Source: Fonticula alba ATCC 38817
Lineage: Eukaryota; Protista; Nucleariida
Length of the DNA stretch: 64,000 nucleotides
Strand: one strand, 5' to 3'
Assembly (NCBI GenBank): GCA_000388065.2
Contig: KB932202.1
Within the stretch, counting starts at the first letter, position 1, and every line of letters begins with the position of its first letter. The notes under the pieces were generated by a model. That model was given only the letters and a program-made list of their open reading frames with translations. It ran no database searches and was not told where the DNA came from. Made by a program: the position numbers and the translations under genes. This document shows, piece after piece, positions 1 to 12,569 of this stretch.

Positions 1-211
1 CGAGCCCCGGCGGGACCCCCTTGACCGGCCCCCCGGTTTCTGGGCGTCGCCCAGGAAGGATGGACCCCAACCTGCCGTTGCCCGTCGCCCCTCCCGGGCT
101 CCGGCTCCAAGCTCGCCGGCGCCCCACACACCAGGGCGCCAAGATTCCGCCATCAGGGGATGAGCCGGCCGAGAACCCGGCCACGGATGGGGGGGCTGGC
201 GCACTCACTGC

Positions 212-242
<31 letters not shown>

Positions 243-1254
243 GCGACCTTGATTGGCAAATTAACTGTGCGGCATTCCGCCAAGGGCAACACAGAGCGCC
301 GGGCGCCCGACGGACCGGTCGCAACGTGAAAATCAGCGGGTGATTGATTTCACGCCGGGCCTGCACAGCACGCCCGATGCGGGGCCCGCGGCCTCTGCCC
401 CGCGCCAGGCGCGACACATCCACAGGGAAACCAGCCACACCCGGGCCCCGGCACGGGGAGCGGGGCAGGGGGCGGCGCGAGAGCGGGCCTTTGGGCCTGG
501 TGCATGGCGAGGCGGCTGGCACATTAAATGTAGCAACCCATTAATAAAGATCTTTTTTCGGCCCCCGCCCCGCCGCGTCCCGTCCGCTCCCGGCAGCGGG
601 GCCAGGCTCCGGGCAGGGGAATGTGCCCTGCCGCGCATGTTGCACATTCTAGAAAGGGGCACCTCCGGCGTGCGCTGGCGCCCGGCCGCCGGGTGACACA
701 TATGCCGGTTCTGGAGCGACGCCTGTCTCCGGTGAGGGCGCATCTTCCCTGCCCCCCTCCCTGGGGCAGCCCTGCTCTCGCCTGTTCCCGGCCTCGGGGT
801 GCCTGCCCTCGCGTGCTCGGCGCCGGCCTGGCCGCTCGCACGCGATGGCAGCCAAAGAGGCAACGGCGCACGGCGACGGCGAGACAGGGCGGGGGGGGGG
901 GCGACTTGCGGCAAGTGCTCGGGCCGTGAGGGGGATGCCCACCCACCTGGCCTGCTGGCCGCCGCCCGGTCCCCCTGCTTCGGGAGGCAGCCGCAAGGGG
1001 GCGCCGGAAGGGCACACATCCAGGGCACCCCCGGGGGCACCAGGACCTGCCGGCCGCCGCCCCCCCGCCCCCCCCCCCCCACCCCCGGAGGGTCCCCTGC
1101 CGGGTACGCAATGCTCGGCCGCGGCCGCGACAAAAAGGCCGGCCCCCCGCCGCCGACCGCGGGTGGGGCACACCGGGCTGGGGCAGGCGCAGGGGGGCGG
1201 GGAGCATGTCGCAGGCCCCAAAAGTTGGCAGCTACCCCAAACCGCCCCGCCGCC

Positions 1255-1867
1255 NNNNNNNNNNNNNNNNNNNNNNNNNNNNNNNNNNNNNNNNNNNNNN
1301 NNNNNNNNNNNNNNNNNNNNNNNNNNNNNNNNNNNNNNNNNNNNNNNNNNNNNNNNNNNNNNNNNNNNNNNNNNNNNNNNNNNNNNNNNNNNNNNNNNNN
1401 NNNNNNNNNNNNNNNNNNNNNNNNNNNNNNNNNNNNNNNNNNNNNNNNNNNNNNNNNNNNNNNNNNNNNNNNNNNNNNNNNNNNNNNNNNNNNNNNNNNN
1501 NNNNNNNNNNNNNNNNNNNNNNNNNNNNNNNNNNNNNNNNNNNNNNNNNNNNNNNNNNNNNNNNNNNNNNNNNNNNNNNNNNNNNNNNNNNNNNNNNNNN
1601 NNNNNNNNNNNNNNNNNNNNNNNNNNNNNNNNNNNNNNNNNNNNNNNNNNNNNNNNNNNNNNNNNNNNNNNNNNNNNNNNNNNNNNNNNNNNNNNNNNNN
1701 NNNNNNNNNNNNNNNNNNNNNNNNNNNNNNNNNNNNNNNNNNNNNNNNNNNNNNNNNNNNNNNNNNNNNNNNNNNNNNNNNNNNNNNNNNNNNNNNNNNN
1801 NNNNNNNNNNNNNNNNNNNNNNNNNNNNNNNNNNNNNNNNNNNNNNNNNNNNNNNNNNNNNNNNNNC
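1255..1867. other. Assembly gap (N run). Other gaps: 8737-8746, 9497-10031, 14410-14999, 16536-16545, 17042-17720, 22221-22269, 25152-25391, 25973-26282, 32737-33091, 39331-39373, 50967-50976
   Basis: Runs of n in the sequence; many are flanked by poly-C or low-complexity DNA. Confidence 0.99.
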
Positions 1868-2102
1868 CTGCCGGGCCACGCTTCTTTGGATCTGTCCCGC
1901 CTCCCTCGGCACTCGCAGAGTGGCAGGGTCCCGCGCCCCGCCCCCCCGGCCAGGCCGAGCCCTGCCACGCAGTGCGATGGCACCTCCCCGCGCGGCCGCC
2001 AGCCCTGCCGAGACCCTTGCCCGCCCGCCGGACGTGTTGTCGTGCTTGTGTGGTGCATTTTCGGCGCCGGATACCGTAAAGCGACACGTGCTCGCGCGTG
2101 TG

Positions 2103-5100
2103 TCAAAATCCCGAACGCTTTTTGGTCTGGCTCCCGCCGAGCGAGAGCCGCGGCAGGGCCGACAGCCGCCGCGGCCCAGCGTCGCCCGGCGGCGCCGGGT
2201 CCCCCTGCGACAAGGAGCCCGGAGCACTGCCCGCCACCGGCGCACCGTCATTCTGACTACTCGGATCCGCCAGCGGATTAATCGACCCGGCCAGCGGCGG
2301 CAGCGACTGCCGCAGGGACGGCTGCGACTGGAAGCCCGGCCGTTGGGAGGACGCTCCCAAGCCACCGGTGGGGGCCGGCTGCGAGAAGAGCCCCCCCCCG
2401 AAGGAGAGCCGACCGCCGGCCCCGCCGAGCGCCGGCTGCGACATGCTGCCGGACGCCGCGCCGCGCAAGAATCCCGCGCCGCCGATCGACAGGCGCGAGG
2501 GCTGCGACGCCGGGCCCGGGCCACTGCCACCCTGGTGGCCGCCGCCGCCCAGCACCGGCAGCGAGAAGCGACCCCCCGCCGTGGCCAGGGACGACGACCC
2601 CCGGGCCCCAGGAGCGGCCCCGACCCCCGGCAGGGAAGACAGGCGGACCTGCGGCATGTGCGTCACCTGCGACGCCTGGCGGTCATACTCCAAGTCACTC
2701 TCGTCATCCTCGTCCAGCGAGTCGTGCCCGTCATCATCCCCGGGCCCGGGCCCGCCGAACAGCAGCGAAGCCAGCGGGGCGCCGGACACCCGCGCCGCCG
2801 CGGCCGCCAACGAGTGGAAGGACCCCGCCTGCGAGGAGTAGTCCACATCTGCCGGATCCACCGAGCCGCCGAGGGCCAGGTCCCTGGCCACATCGGGCCC
2901 CGGTGCCGAGGCCGAGGCCGAGGCCGACGGCACGGCCACCGGCAATTCCGTCGCCAGCCCGGTGACCGCGGTCAGATGCCCCGGGCCCCCGCGCAGGGCC
3001 GCCTGGTCGAACTCCACGTCCAGCAGAGCCGGCTGGTCCCAAAAGCCGCGCAGGGCATCGGCCAGGGCCCCGGCACGCTGGTGGTGCGGGTATCGTGCCC
3101 CGGCCGGGGGAGCCGGCCGCTCGGTCGGCCGGCCGGGATCCGTGGCGGCATCTTCCTCGGAGTCCGTCTCGGACTCCGACCAGTTGACCTTCGCCGTGGG
3201 CTGGCGAACTGGCTCCAGCAAACTATGCACCGCGTGCTCGGCCTGCCGACCGGAGAGCGAATTCTCCAGACGCTCGGCTCCCGTGGTGGCCACCGCCGTG
3301 GTTGTCCCCCCCCGGAGGGCCTCCGACTCGATCGGTCCCTGGGGCCCGGGCGTTCCCCCCTCCTCGGCCAGTAGAGCCGCCATGCGCCGCGAGCGCCGGG
3401 TCGGGTTGTGCGGCGCCAGGGCAATGGTCGCCTGGCGAAGGCGCCGGGCCGCGTCCTCCGCATGCATCGGCCCGGCGGCCGTGCTTCTGCCCGGGGCCAG
3501 GGCCGCGGCCACGGCCGCGCACCGCGTTCCGGTGGCCGCAAGCCACCGGACATGCTCCTGCCGGTGGCGAGCCGCCCGGCGCAAGGGTCGCGACCCTTCC
3601 ACATCCACCAAAGGAAGGGCCGCATCGGTCAGCGGCTCGAGCTGCGGCGGCAGCGGGCCAAGCGGCTGCGCGGCTGTCGACCACACCAGCCCGGAGACCC
3701 CGGCCGAGGCTGCCTGTCCCGCGGACCGAAGGGGCTCGCCCCCGGGGAAGAGACGCAAAAGACCCCCGGCCTGGGCATCCGGCCCCTCAGTAGCCAGGGC
3801 CAGCTGAACCCGGCCATCGGCCAGAGCCTGGCACAGGGCCAGGGCCACGCTGTGCACCCCGCGCCCGATGGCCGACGGGTCCAGCAGGGGGGCAAACGCC
3901 TCACCCAACTCCTCGGCAATGTTTCGCCCGTACGAGGCATGCGCCTTCCGATCATAGAGGGTGGCCTGCTCCGGGCGCAGGGGATCCTGCACATACCGCG
4001 CTGCCGAGCGTCGGCAATACAGCTCCAGCGTCTCCGCCACATCAAGCCTTATGTCCAAGGGTGTGCATGTGCATGTGCGTGTGCGTGCGTGCGTGCATAT
4101 GCACGAGTGCACGGCGAGGCGCATGTGCGTGGGCATGCGTCAGAAACAGGACACAGGGCACCGAGAAACCCCGGGCAGAGGACCGAGTGAGGCGTACGCA
4201 CAGGGTGATCGGCTGTTGGGTGTCGGTCGCCTCCAGCAGCTGGGCCCATTCGGCATCCGAAAGGTGGATTTTGTCATCGGCAAAGCGCGACCGAAGGATG
4301 GTTTCGCGTGTGCGGGCCCGTGCGCGCGCGATCTTCCGCACATAGTGGTCCACCAGGTCGCCGGAAAGGAGGAAGCAGTCGCACGGCTCGCGCGCGCGCA
4401 ACAGCGGGTCCAACTCGGGGTCCGAGCGGCGTAAATCCTTCGTGAGGTCTTGAAAGGGGGCACCAAGTCCGTGAATACGCATGCGCATTTGGGGCCGGGC
4501 AATGTGCCCAGGGGAGGCGGGGAAAGGACAGGGAAAAGGGGAAAGAGTGGAAAGGAGGAAAGGGCAAATGGAGGAGAGGCGACCGGAGCCAGCGAGACAT
4601 ACACTGGAAGAGAGTGCGCGCATCCAGCTGCGAGTAGTACCGGTCCGCGTCGCCCTCCAGCGGCATGATCGGGCTCAGCATGCCGGAGGTGACGCGCTGG
4701 CCCTCGGGCGTGTCAGGCAGATCGCGCTGCTTGTAGAGGCTCAGATCCAGGGCGAAGGCCGGAACCGGCGGCTCGGCCGGCATCATGGGATTGTGCAGGG
4801 AGCTGCCGAGCGGGCGCCCGGGAAGCACATCCGGGGGGAGAGACCGCGTGGAGGCCGCATGCTCCTCCGCCACCGGCCGGTGGAAGGTGATCCTAAACAG
4901 GAGGCCGGAGAGGGAGGTCGTCAGTCCCGGCCACACGCACTCACAGGCATGGGAGAGGGGCGAAGGAAGCCCCAATGGAGAGGAGTTTGCCCCGCGCCCC
5001 TCCTCTCTGGTCAGGGGAGGAAGAAGGGGGGGCGGAGGGGACCATGAACACGCACGCGCCAAACTGATTCAAGCTGACCAGGGCCCCGGGCTGGCCGGCC

Positions 5101-8002
5101 GGCGAGGGGGGAACAACACACAAGCCGGCCAGGGACTCCGCGCGCCAGGGGTCCCGACTGGCAAAGATGCTGCCATGCGTGGTCCGGAGCCGGACCCCGG
5201 CAGCAACAGACGGAGACATGGCGCCCGGCAGGTGAACGCCGGCCCCGGCAGCGAGGGGCGTCAAGACCTCAGCCCCATCGAAGGCCGCGAGGGAGAACTC
5301 CCCGCTGGCGTGGCTCCATGTGGCACAGGCATGTACATCGCCCGGCAGCGATCGGTCAAGGATGCTGCGTGCGATGATGCCAGCCATGTGTGTTAGTGTC
5401 GACCCCGATGGAAGCCCCAGCCGAGTGACAAGCGCGCCGGGGCACAGGGGGCCTGGCCCCGGACAGCAACACCCCCAAGGAAGATTACACCCCCCCCCCA
5501 CCCCCCCATCGCTGAACACGCACTGAAGAGGGAGGGTGGCCGTGCCAGAGACCCAAGTCCCGGCGGCGGGCGGGGTCCACTCGAGGACCGGGCGCCGGCC
5601 ATACCGGTGGTCCAGCAGAGCCGAGCGCTCCGTCGTCAGGATCAGCGTTTCGAAGGGCCCGGTTGGCCCGGTTTTGGCCAGCTGGCAGATGGCCTCGGGC
5701 CGGCCGGCCCGGCGCTTTCGATGGTGAGACCGCTGTGCATCGCGCAGGTCCACCCCGGGATTGCGTGGCGGACAGACCCACAATGAGCGGCTGGCGCCGA
5801 GCGTCGTGTTGAGAGCGTGGCGGGCTGCCCGAGATCCGGAGGAGCCGGGCGCGTCGGCCGACAGGCCAGACAGCTTGAACAACGGCACGGTCGCCTCGCG
5901 CGGCGGCGTCCGCAGGTCCACCAGGCAGAGAGCCCGCGAGCTGGCCACCTCCAAGACCAGCGGATGGGAACCGAAGGCGCAGGTGAACGGCCCATCCGGG
6001 GAGTAGAGCGCATCGGCCGAGCCGGCCAGCTGGAACACCTGCCGGCAGGCGGCCACATTGGGGCTGGCATGGGCGCTACCGCCGGCCAGCGCCGTCGGGC
6101 CCTCCAGCAGGTAGACACATCCGCGGCTGGAAATCGCCGCGGCAACCGGCGCGCCGTCCCCGGCCCCGGGCCACGGACTGAGGCAGGCATCCGACCAGCG
6201 GCCCGGCCCGGGCAGCTCGAAGTCCCCGCTGGCCATGAAGCTCAGCCCGGAGAGGGTCGGCCTGCCGGTCCAATCGCACAGGGGGCTGGTCCGCAGCGCG
6301 ACTCCGGCGAAGCTGATGCGCCGGTCGTGGCGAGCCAAAAACCCGAAAGCATCATGGTCTGGCCCGAGGGACACACGTCCACCAGGAGACCCGGGTTAGT
6401 GCCACACCCTGACAGGAGCATGTGCCAGCAAAGGGTCCCCACGCACAGGCAAATGTCGGCAGGAGCTGATTGATACTCTCCTCGACGGGGATGGCATCCA
6501 CCAGCGGCGAGTGGCGCAGGGTACTGGCCGCCGGGGAGCCGCCCTGATCGGGAAACAGGGCGGGCAGGGGGTCGAGCGGAGCCGAACTGGCCGGCAGCCG
6601 GTAGAGGTCTGGATTGTTGTTATTTTTTTTGAGGCCCCACAATGAAGGAGGACGATCAAATGGATGGAGGGTGTGTCAGTTTCGCAGGCGACCATCGGTG
6701 CCATGTGCCCCGGGCGGCGGCCGCAGCCGGAATAGCAAGGGATTCCCCCCCCCCCCCCTCCCCCCCCACCTCCCCGCCCAGCGGAGGGGAAGCAAATGCG
6801 CACTGACAAAGCGCCCATGGCGAACCCCCTCCCCGCGCGTGCCGCCAGCAGCCAGTAGCAGCCCCTGGTCCAGCCAAAGGCTCGGGTCCGAGTGCAGGGC
6901 CTCAAGTCCCTCGGCCGGGCCGCAAGTGTGGTGGCCTTGGCGCCGCTTTGCGGTTTTGACATTCTCCGAAGTGAGGGTCGCCCCGAGGCCGGACGGCGAG
7001 AAGCCGATGCAGCTCCCGACATGCATGGCCTCCCGCCAGGGGTCCGCCTCCTGGGTTAGAGCTTCGGTGACGAGGGACGTCAGCAGGTCGTCCGGCACGG
7101 CGCCCGGACCAAGGCGCGACTGGGCGTACGAGACCTATCAACGAAGCAGCACAGCCGGATGTCAGCACCAAGGCATGCGGCGAGGGAGGCGAGGGAAAGG
7201 GAGGAGGGGCGAGAGAAAGGAAGACAGCCGATGCCCATTGTCACGGGGAGGGGGCGAGACGGCGGGGGGGGGGGAGCCTTCTCACCTGGGAGTTGATCAG
7301 ATATTCGGGAGGCTCTCCATGTGACACGAAGCGCCGAAAGCGCGTCGGATACACGGTGCTGGCATTGGTGTAGTGGGTGCGGTCTTGGTGCTCGGCCGGG
7401 TGGTGTGGGGTACACAGCGTGAAGGACCCATGGCTGGAGGAGGTGTGGCTCGGATACAGGCGAAGGGACCCTGCGCCGTTTGGAGAGCGTTTGTCAGTCA
7501 GCCAGCCGCCGAGGGAGGCAGCAGCACAGGCAACAGGAGGACCCGGCCAGGACCGAGGCAACATACCGCGAGTGGGTCGTCCACTGGTGACAAACGGATC
7601 GGAGGGGTCACACGGAAGGGAGGCCAGATCGTCGGCCTCATCCGGATGGCAAGTCGCCGCCTTGTCATCTTCTTCCTCCCCTGGCTGGTGCCCATCCTCG
7701 TCGTCGTCGTCGTCGTCGTCACTGTCCTCGGCTCCACCTCGGCGACGTTTGGCGCCCCGGCCGGGCTCATGCAGGGGCAGCGACCCATCGCGAATGCCCG
7801 CCCGAAGGCTTTGAACCAAGGACCCATCCAGGTTGTAGAGGGCCGAGGAGCGTAACCCCGGCGCTGGGAGTCGAATTGGCCGCGGGCCGTTCACCGACCG
7901 GAAGGATAGCCCATCGAAGGCCCCGGCCCCGCGCGGTAGCAGATCCAACTCAACCAGATCAACATTCCCGGGGCCCGGGGCGGCCGACGAGCGGCCGGGC
8001 AT
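2103..8002 (-). CDS. RRN6: RNA polymerase I core factor/SL1 subunit, TAF1C/Rrn6-like, multi-exon (approx. 8002-7286, 7134-~6825, ~6609-6447, ~6358-4945, 4892-~4602, ~4448-~4202, ~4049-2103)
   Basis: ORF pieces (7241..8299, 6676..7098, 6352..6642, 4941..6374, 4274..5062, 4042..4623, 2103..4136) are mostly joined by phase-compatible GT..AG introns; the junction near 6825-6609 was not resolved. FGSHPLVLEVASSRALCLVDLRTP resembles TAF1C FTAHPRVLTVGDRTGVKMLDTQGP. LLDHRYGRRPVLEW resembles LVDERLPLVPMLKW. The C-terminus SQTKKRSGF* resembles the basic-GF ends of TAF1C and Rrn6 (recalled sequences). Confidence 0.7.
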
Positions 8003-8818
8003 CGTTTGCGTAGTGGCGTTGGTCTTTTTTTTTCCCCCCTTTTCGGCGGCGATGATGGAGCGACGGCGACAGTGCCGGCGGCAGTGCGGCAGAGGTGAGG
8101 GCGGAGGGCGGAGGGCGGAGGGCGCGCAAGAAAAAAAAAGGGGGGTGGGGCATGGAAGGGAGGACTCTGGCTCCCGCGGAGAGGGCTCTCCTGCTGGATT
8201 GTTTGGGCGCCTGTTGAGCCAGGAGGGATTTCCTCGGTCCCTCGCCCTCGCGGGAGATCCCCGGGCCGCAGGCCCGTGTGTGCCGGCGCATGCGTGCACG
8301 CATGTGCCAAGATCCCGCCGGCCCCCCGAGGACGATCTCGCTGGGGCCCGACGTGGTCTGGTGCCAACGCATCGATCGCCGCCGCTATCGCCGTTAGCCT
8401 TCCACGTGGACTTCCCACCTGTGGCGGGGGGGGGGGGGGGAAGACGCGCGGCGCGGGCCGGCGCGGGCGCACTTCGGCGTGGTATCCCCGGATCGCGCGC
8501 GCAGCCCCCGCCGTCGTCCTTTTTATTTCTTTTCCTTGCCTCCTCCTCTTCTCGGCGTCATCCCGCGGCCCCGCGCTGGCTGCGGGGCGAAACACGGCCA
8601 CACCTGCCGAGGAATGCCCGAGACTTGAGCAAGCATGGTAAGCGGCTGTCGCCCGGGTGCCAGCCATCATCCGAGCTCCCACCCTTTGCCTCGCCTTTCC
8701 GCTGCCACTCTTTCTCCCTCTCCCTCCCCCCCCCCCNNNNNNNNNNCCCGCCCTATCTCAACCTCCCTTCCCGGCCCACCCCCGCCTCCTCCTTTATTTG
8801 GTTCTCCCCCCTCCCGAT

Positions 8819-11197
8819 ATGCGTGTCCTTGTCGGCGACGAGGCCGGCTTTGTCCGGACGGCCAGCATCGAGCAGCAGACCGTCACCCAGCGCTGGGGCG
8901 AGGCTGTCGACCGGGCAAACTATGTGGACCAGGTCCGGCTTCTGGATGACGTCCATGACCCGCTGTCGCGGACGGCCGAGCGCTACGCGGCCGTGGCGCG
9001 CCGGGTGTCCGGCGTCATCCAGCTGCACGACACCCGGAACGGGTCGATCGTGTGCGAGTGGTCCGACGAGGAGGGCCACCGGCTGCCGGAGGGGACCGAC
9101 CCCTCCCGGGCGCACATGAACGCGCCGGCCTTTGTCGGGCTCGAGATCAACCGCCACCACCTGCTGTCGGCCAATGAGAATGGTCGAGTGATCTTCCGGT
9201 CGCTGGATGGCGTTGAGCTGCTGGATCCCCTGCCGGAGGGCATCGACGCCGAGTCGCACACGCGGCCTTACGAGTCCGTCGGTGATATGGTGCGTGCACG
9301 CTCGAAATCCGTTGCAGCCCGCGTGGTGTACCTTTTCCATTTATCTTTCATTAGACCATCCTTCTTGCTTGTTTCCTCGCCACTCCCGCGCTGCCTTCTG
9401 CCCTCTGCCTCCGGCCTTCCCCTCGTATTTTCTTGTCTCCCGCTTTCCCTCGCCCCCCCGTGGGCTGGCAGTGTGTCTGACTTGCCCTGTCACTCANNNN
9501 NNNNNNNNNNNNNNNNNNNNNNNNNNNNNNNNNNNNNNNNNNNNNNNNNNNNNNNNNNNNNNNNNNNNNNNNNNNNNNNNNNNNNNNNNNNNNNNNNNNN
9601 NNNNNNNNNNNNNNNNNNNNNNNNNNNNNNNNNNNNNNNNNNNNNNNNNNNNNNNNNNNNNNNNNNNNNNNNNNNNNNNNNNNNNNNNNNNNNNNNNNNN
9701 NNNNNNNNNNNNNNNNNNNNNNNNNNNNNNNNNNNNNNNNNNNNNNNNNNNNNNNNNNNNNNNNNNNNNNNNNNNNNNNNNNNNNNNNNNNNNNNNNNNN
9801 NNNNNNNNNNNNNNNNNNNNNNNNNNNNNNNNNNNNNNNNNNNNNNNNNNNNNNNNNNNNNNNNNNNNNNNNNNNNNNNNNNNNNNNNNNNNNNNNNNNN
9901 NNNNNNNNNNNNNNNNNNNNNNNNNNNNNNNNNNNNNNNNNNNNNNNNNNNNNNNNNNNNNNNNNNNNNNNNNNNNNNNNNNNNNNNNNNNNNNNNNNNN
10001 NNNNNNNNNNNNNNNNNNNNNNNNNNNNNNNCCCGTTGTCGGTGTACAGGAAATCATTTTTGACGGCGCCGGGCCGAACCTGTGCACCATGCGTGGTCTT
10101 CAGTCGGACCTGACCACCTTCCTGACTGGTGGTCGGAACAACGACCTGAAGCTCTGGCATTTGACCCCCTCCGGGGAGGTGGTCTCCAAGTGGGCTGCCA
10201 AGAACGTGCGCCCGGACAAGTTCGACCTGCACGTGCCGATCTTTGTGCGCGACGCGCGCTTCCTCGACGAGTCCGGCCACAAGATCGCCACCATCACTGG
10301 CCACTCGCAGGTCCGGGTGTATGATACCCGTGTTCAGCGGCGCCCGGTGCAGGACATCACCCTTGGCGAGCTGCCGCTCACTTCGTTCGATGTGACGCCC
10401 GATGGCTCGTGCGTGGCACCTGATCGCCATTTTGCCCCTCTCCCCCGAGGGCGCGCCCTCGTTCCACTAGCCCCCCCCCCCCAACACTGACCCTTTGCTT
10501 CATGCGTCTGCTCCGGGCTGCTTCTCGTGCGTGCACGCATTTGCGCATGCAGCCATGCGTTCATCGGCAACTCCATCGGAATTGTCACCAAGCTGGATAT
10601 GCGCAAAATGGTCCCCTGTGGTACCCTGAAGGGTGAGTTGCTTCCTCCCTCTCCCCCCCCCCTCTCTCTCTTTCTCTCTCGATCCATCTCCCTCTCCCTC
10701 TCCATCTTCATCTCTTTATGTGTGTCCGGCTCAATTCACTGACCCCCTGGCGCACAGGCTTTGCCGGCTCCGTCCGGTCCATTGAGTGCCACCGTTCGTT
10801 GCCGTACGTGGCGTGCGCCGGCCTGGACCGCTTTGTGCATGTGCACAACACCGACACCCGGAAGGAGGTGATCAAGGTGTACGCCATGCAGCGGTCCACC
10901 AGCGTGGCCTTCTCCAAGGAGCGCGTGGTGGCCATCAAGAAGAAGGCCGGCGCGAAGGCCGGCGCAAAGGCCGCCGTCGCTGCTGATGACAGTGACAATG
11001 AGGAGGAGTTCCTCGGGAGCGATGAGGACGAGGAGCCGGAGCAGCTTGCCTCTGCCGAGAAGGCCGGCACGTCGACCAAGCGCACGCGGAAGCCCGCCGC
11101 CGAGGTCGACGAGCAGGACGAGGACGAGGAGGCCGACGATGTGTGGAAGGCCATCCCCAAGAAGCTGAAGAAGACCCGCGCGGCTGCCTCCACGTAG
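8819..11197 (+). CDS. NSA1: WD40 60S ribosome biogenesis protein WDR74/Nsa1; one exon boundary lies in the 9497-10031 gap
   Basis: Motifs MRVLVGDEAG, GGRNNDLKLW, WAAKNVRPDKFDLHVPIFVRD, QVRVYDTRVQRRPV and GSVRSIECHRSLPYVACAGLDRFVHVH, plus an acidic/basic C-tail. Donors at 9290, ~10409 and ~10632; acceptors at 10552 and ~10758. Confidence 0.92.
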
Positions 11198-11298
11198 ACA
11201 TCGAGCCACCACCATGGGCTCCTTGTGCTTTTGGGGAGCGGCCATGGGGCCGTCATCTTCCTCGCTTCTCTCCTCCGGCCGTCGGGGCCCCTTCCCTC

Positions 11299-11333
<35 letters not shown>

Positions 11334-11760
11334 CTCGTTTGTGTGATGTCAGAGAGTCTGCTCTTCCATGCATATGCGTTTGTACCCCCCCCCCCCCTCC
11401 CCCTCTCATTTGCTGGCTGGAAGAAAAACCCAATAGAACCAACAAAGTTTCGCCGCGCCTTCATTTCCCTCGCCATCTGGGTGGTGATGGCGGCAGAGCA
11501 GAGTGCGTGAGGCTTGATCATGGGGTGTCCCCAGGGGAAAAGGATTCCGAGGAAGGAGCTTGGTTCTCCTTCCCTCGCCGCGGCTCCGGAGAGAGAGAGC
11601 ATGCAGTATGCGTGTCCTTTTTTTTTTTTTCCAGGCGGGCCTTCTTGCTCTGTCCCAGCGTCGTGTGAGCCTTTTTTTTTCTTGGTCCCCCATTTCTTCC
11701 AGCCTGCCGAGATAAATGCGTGAGGAGGGTGCCACTCGGGCCCGCCTTCCTCGTAGCGTG

Positions 11761-11850
11761 CACCGCACCGCACCGCACCGCACCGCACCGCACCGCACCG
11801 CACCGCACCGCATCGCACCACACCGCACCACACCGCACAGCATCGCAGCA
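11761..11850. repeat. (CACCG)n pentanucleotide microsatellite
   Basis: 10 perfect units at 11761-11810, followed by degenerate units. Confidence 0.95.
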
Positions 11851-11927
11851 GGAGGGGAAACAGCACGCTCGGGCATGCATCCTCCTCCCCCCCCAGGCGG
11901 GGGCGGCGTCTCCCAGCGGATTGCGGC

Positions 11928-11941
11928 AAAAAGGGGCAAAA
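11928..11941 (-). terminator. RNA polymerase III oligo-dT terminator of tRNA-Asn
   Basis: T4 and T5 runs on the minus strand about 20-33 nt downstream of the tRNA 3' end. Confidence 0.6.
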
Positions 11942-11960
11942 GAAGATTGGGGTTGAGATG

Positions 11961-12033
11961 CGCTCCCGCACGGGATCGAACCGCGGACCTTGGGATTAAC
12001 AGTCCCACGCTCTACCTACTGAGCCACAGGAGC
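11961..12033 (-). tRNA. tRNA-Asn (GTT)
   Basis: The reverse complement GCTCCTGTGGCTCAGTAGGTAGAGCGTGGGACTGTTAATCCCAAGGTCCGCGGTTCGATCCCGTGCGGGAGCG folds as a cloverleaf. Acceptor stem GCTCCTG/CGGGAGC, anticodon arm TGGGA-CTGTTAA-TCCCA, T-loop TTCGATC. No intron and no encoded CCA. Confidence 0.96.
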
Positions 12034-12233
12034 CAGCACATACCGAGAGGTCCCGTGCCCGGCTGCACATACCTGTGTGTACCGAATATCTCTTAACATG
12101 CATTTTTGCCCCACGCAGTGGCCCCCACACCCGGGGCCCCACCCTCGGGCGGGGCGCGGGCAAGGGGGAGCATGCATTCCGTCAGTGACAACGGTCGTGC
12201 CCCCCGGGGCGCGGCGAGCTGGGCCGGGCCAGG

Positions 12234-12235
<2 letters not shown>

Positions 12236-12267
<32 letters not shown>
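12236..12267 (+). repeat. G32 homopolymer, potentially G-quadruplex forming
   Basis: 32 consecutive G between the divergent tRNA-Asn and the 12570 gene. Confidence 0.85.
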
Positions 12268-12569
12268 CGGAGGGGTGAGGGGGCGAAAGGGGCGCCCGGG
12301 CCGGGGGACAGGCCACAAGGGGCAGGGACAGGCAACAGGGAAAGACGGCCTCCGGGGCGGGAGGGGGTCTCTGTGTAAACAGCATTGCGGAAGAAGGGCA
12401 GCCGTGGCGGGCTCCCCACCTCCTCGGCGGTGTCGACACCCCTCTCCCGGCTCCCCTCCGCCCTGCCTGCCTTTCTCTCTCTCTCTCTCTCCCTCTCCCC
12501 CCCCTCCCGTCCGTCTTTGCTTTTACTCCCCCCGTTGGCCGCCCCCGGCGGCTCTCCAGACTCTTAGCC

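Noticed and set aside
326-660. Imperfect inverted repeats near the window start (GTGAAAATCA..TGATTTCAC; GAATGTGC..GCACATTC)
   Set aside because: The stems are short and there is no RNA-family signature.
333-2281. Long ORFs spanning N gaps (also around 9.2-10.5, 14-18, 25-26.8 and 32-34 kb)
   Set aside because: Their length comes from X runs, which contain no stop codons.
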